This document shows, one piece after another, positions 61,701 through 64,000 of a stretch of 64,000 nt of DNA. Within the stretch, counting starts at the first letter, position 1. Each line of letters begins with the position of its first letter. The notes beneath the pieces are model-generated. The model saw only the letters and a program-made list of their open reading frames with translations, searched no databases and was not told where the DNA came from. The position numbers and the translations under genes were made by a program. The stretch comes from Trichoplax adhaerens (Eukaryota > Animalia > Placozoa): NCBI RefSeq assembly GCF_000150275.1, contig NW_002060956.1, positions 248,001 through 312,000 on the forward strand. Reading direction: 5' to 3'.

Positions 61701-64000
61701 TGCAATAAGCGTGGAGCTCTATTACCATGAAGAATTTCAAATATTAGCAACAACACCCATATTAATTTTGAAATGTTAACGTTGATAAGAAAATATTTCA
61801 CGTTAAATACTCTACTTTAATGCTTCACTTAAACTAACCCAGTTAAACTTTGTAATCCTGCACCAACAGTAGATAAGAAAGACCCAATCAGCATTACCCA
61901 TGGATGTGGCCAGCATAGTTCACCAAGAACGAGGGAACCTTTTAGGCTTGTACCAAATTTATCTCTTAACAAAGGGCCTTCAATTGTTGCTCCCATAAGA
62001 AGGACACAAGTCAGGTATACCAGAGATGTAGTGACAATTGCTGCAATTGTTCCTTTCGGAATTGATTTTTGTGCATCATCTAAATCACCAGATCTATTGG
62101 AGCCCGCCATAATTCCTTTAAAATAATTGAATGAAATATCGGATAAATTTTACCTTTCGTTAACAGCATTAAGAATTACAACTACTGGGGCATTACTTCA
62201 TTTAACTTGATATACTGTAAATGTAATACCTGTAACGGAAGGAAAGAAGATTGCAATTAAAACCGTAAAAGATGTTGTAATATCGGCTGCGACTTGATTT
62301 CCTACAGCTTTTACACCTGGAGTGGTTTCACCTTTAGACATATATTTACTGAGTGCATTCTCTAGAGTAAAGATAAAATTGTATAAGTTTATTGGTTTCT
62401 AAGATATTTGCACCATTCTAAAATTCTTATAGTGATGTTGAATTTTTTAATTTAATAAGTAACCTGTGAAAATCCCGCTGGCTATTCCGGGAATTCCAGG
62501 TATCTCTCTTAAGAGAGCTAATTCTGATGCATTATAGAGATCACTCAAAAATGTTGAATTTGGTGAGCAGGTGTAGTTACCACTCATCAACAGTTTATCT
62601 CCAATCAGGCAAATCCTATATTAAAATATTTTCAAAAATCATTAATCTGGTAATTTTGTGTTGATCGACAGCAGTAGAACAACTTTAGTACTTTGATCTA
62701 TCGTGAAAACTTTTTTATATTTTGAACGATTTTACCTTGGTCCAATGTCGGGATTGGCAACAATGACCCCAATATAAATAGATATAATAGACACAATAAC
62801 GCATGCCAAAAAAAAGGACGCGAATTTATTGACATATTGTACACCAATAAAGACAATGAGCGACAGAATGAGTAAAAGGATTGTTCCGTAAACTCTCATG
62901 TTGTTAAACATTTCCTGGCTAATTCCACCATCAGCACTTGGTTGTATTTCACCAAACAACGACAACATTGGAGCCATATAAGTCTAAGGAGCCATTTATA
63001 ATATTTATTAATATTTAATTTATATAGTTAAAGGCTGATATAGGTGTCTTATATTGAAAACCAACAATGTGTAAGTCAAGCATTGGCCAAGCTAGTAATA
63101 CTAACTAATAAGATTTCGATAGCTCCTAAAATGTACATTGAAGCGGCGAAAGTCGTTGCCAAGTAAAATAGTATTCCTACTGCGCCACCGAATTCTGGAC
63201 CCAAAGAGCGAGAAATCATAAAGTACGAACCACCAGCTAAAAAGAGAAATAATCCAAACATTTTTAGAATAGCGTTTAAGATTTATACTTTTCGCTATCT
63301 GTTATATAGGGAAAATGAAAGCCACTCACCTGGTACTTTGCCATTTGTTGCAATAGCACTCATTGATATTGCCGTTAACAAAGTCTGTCAAAGAAATTTT
63401 GAATTTCAAGATATTGTTTACAATTAAATGTAATCTAAGAATCGAATTCTAATTTCTAAGAATGGAACATACTGTACAACAGGATAAGGCAACTACTAAG
63501 AAAGCTTGAAGGACACCAGCACTACCAACTATCCATGTCAAACGGAGAAATAGCAATACGCCGAAAATATTTTGAAGAGTAGGAAGATACACTCCAATTA
63601 ATGTTCCCATTTTATTTCGCTGTAAGAATAAAGCAATGGTATAATATTTAATTAAATATTTCAGTTACTATATTGTATCATATAAAGTACTCTTAAGTAT
63701 TCCATTTTAGCACTAAAATATTTTAGTTAAACTTGCTATAGTATTAAGATGTGACATTTTCATAGCAAGCATAACGCCAGGAATCAATCTACTATGTATT
63801 GATACTTCTAAAAGGAGACAGTCATACTGACTTTGACAGTGACTTGCTCCGAGACAGCATCCTGATCTTTTGTCTTTTCCATGTTGCTCACACCAGGATT
63901 ATAACTGGCAACGCTGCGAAGAAAGTTTGTAAGCAGTGGCCTTTTCCCTTCGCCCTATCGTTGAGGATAAGAAGATATTGCAGATAGTAACAAAAAATGA
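58724..64000 (-). CDS. K-Cl cotransporter (SLC12A4-7/KCC family), 5' end beyond the window
   Basis: [124 protein letters not shown]. Confidence 0.95.
58816..58914 (-). other. U12-type GT-AG intron (last KCC intron)
   Basis: Donor GTATCCTTG. Branch CCTTAAC lies 16 nt before the 3' end. Splicing gives EDRN-Y-LEF in frame. Confidence 0.88.

Overview
AT-rich eukaryotic (animal) genomic DNA with compact, intron-rich genes. The style suggests a basal metazoan such as the placozoan Trichoplax; this is an inference and was not verified. I could splice eleven protein-coding genes by hand: NEK11 (+), BTBD9 (-), WRNIP1 (-), an intronless orphan class A GPCR (+), SYS1 (+), ORC6 (-), DECR1 (+), COX4 (+), a C20orf96/DUF4618-like coiled-coil gene (-), FAM192A/PSME3IP1 (-) and HIBCH (+). 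A twelfth, a K-Cl cotransporter (SLC12A4-7 family, -), runs off the right edge. Main unusual signals: (1) housekeeping promoters are packed with TA-CAG-TA, TA-CTG-TA, TA-CGG-TA and TA-CTCG-TA units. These are the forms of Tc1/mariner excision footprints, and an intact TA-flanked CAGGGTG MITE sits inside one cluster. (2) There are several minor-spliceosome (U12) introns, including a probable AT-AT or AT-AA intron in FAM192A, plus a GC-AG intron in DECR1. (3) The COX4 promoter and start codon are tandemly duplicated. (4) Two related tandem arrays lie in inverted, foldback-like orientation next to BTBD9. (5) The KCC C-terminal insert carries repeated RFxV kinase-docking motifs.
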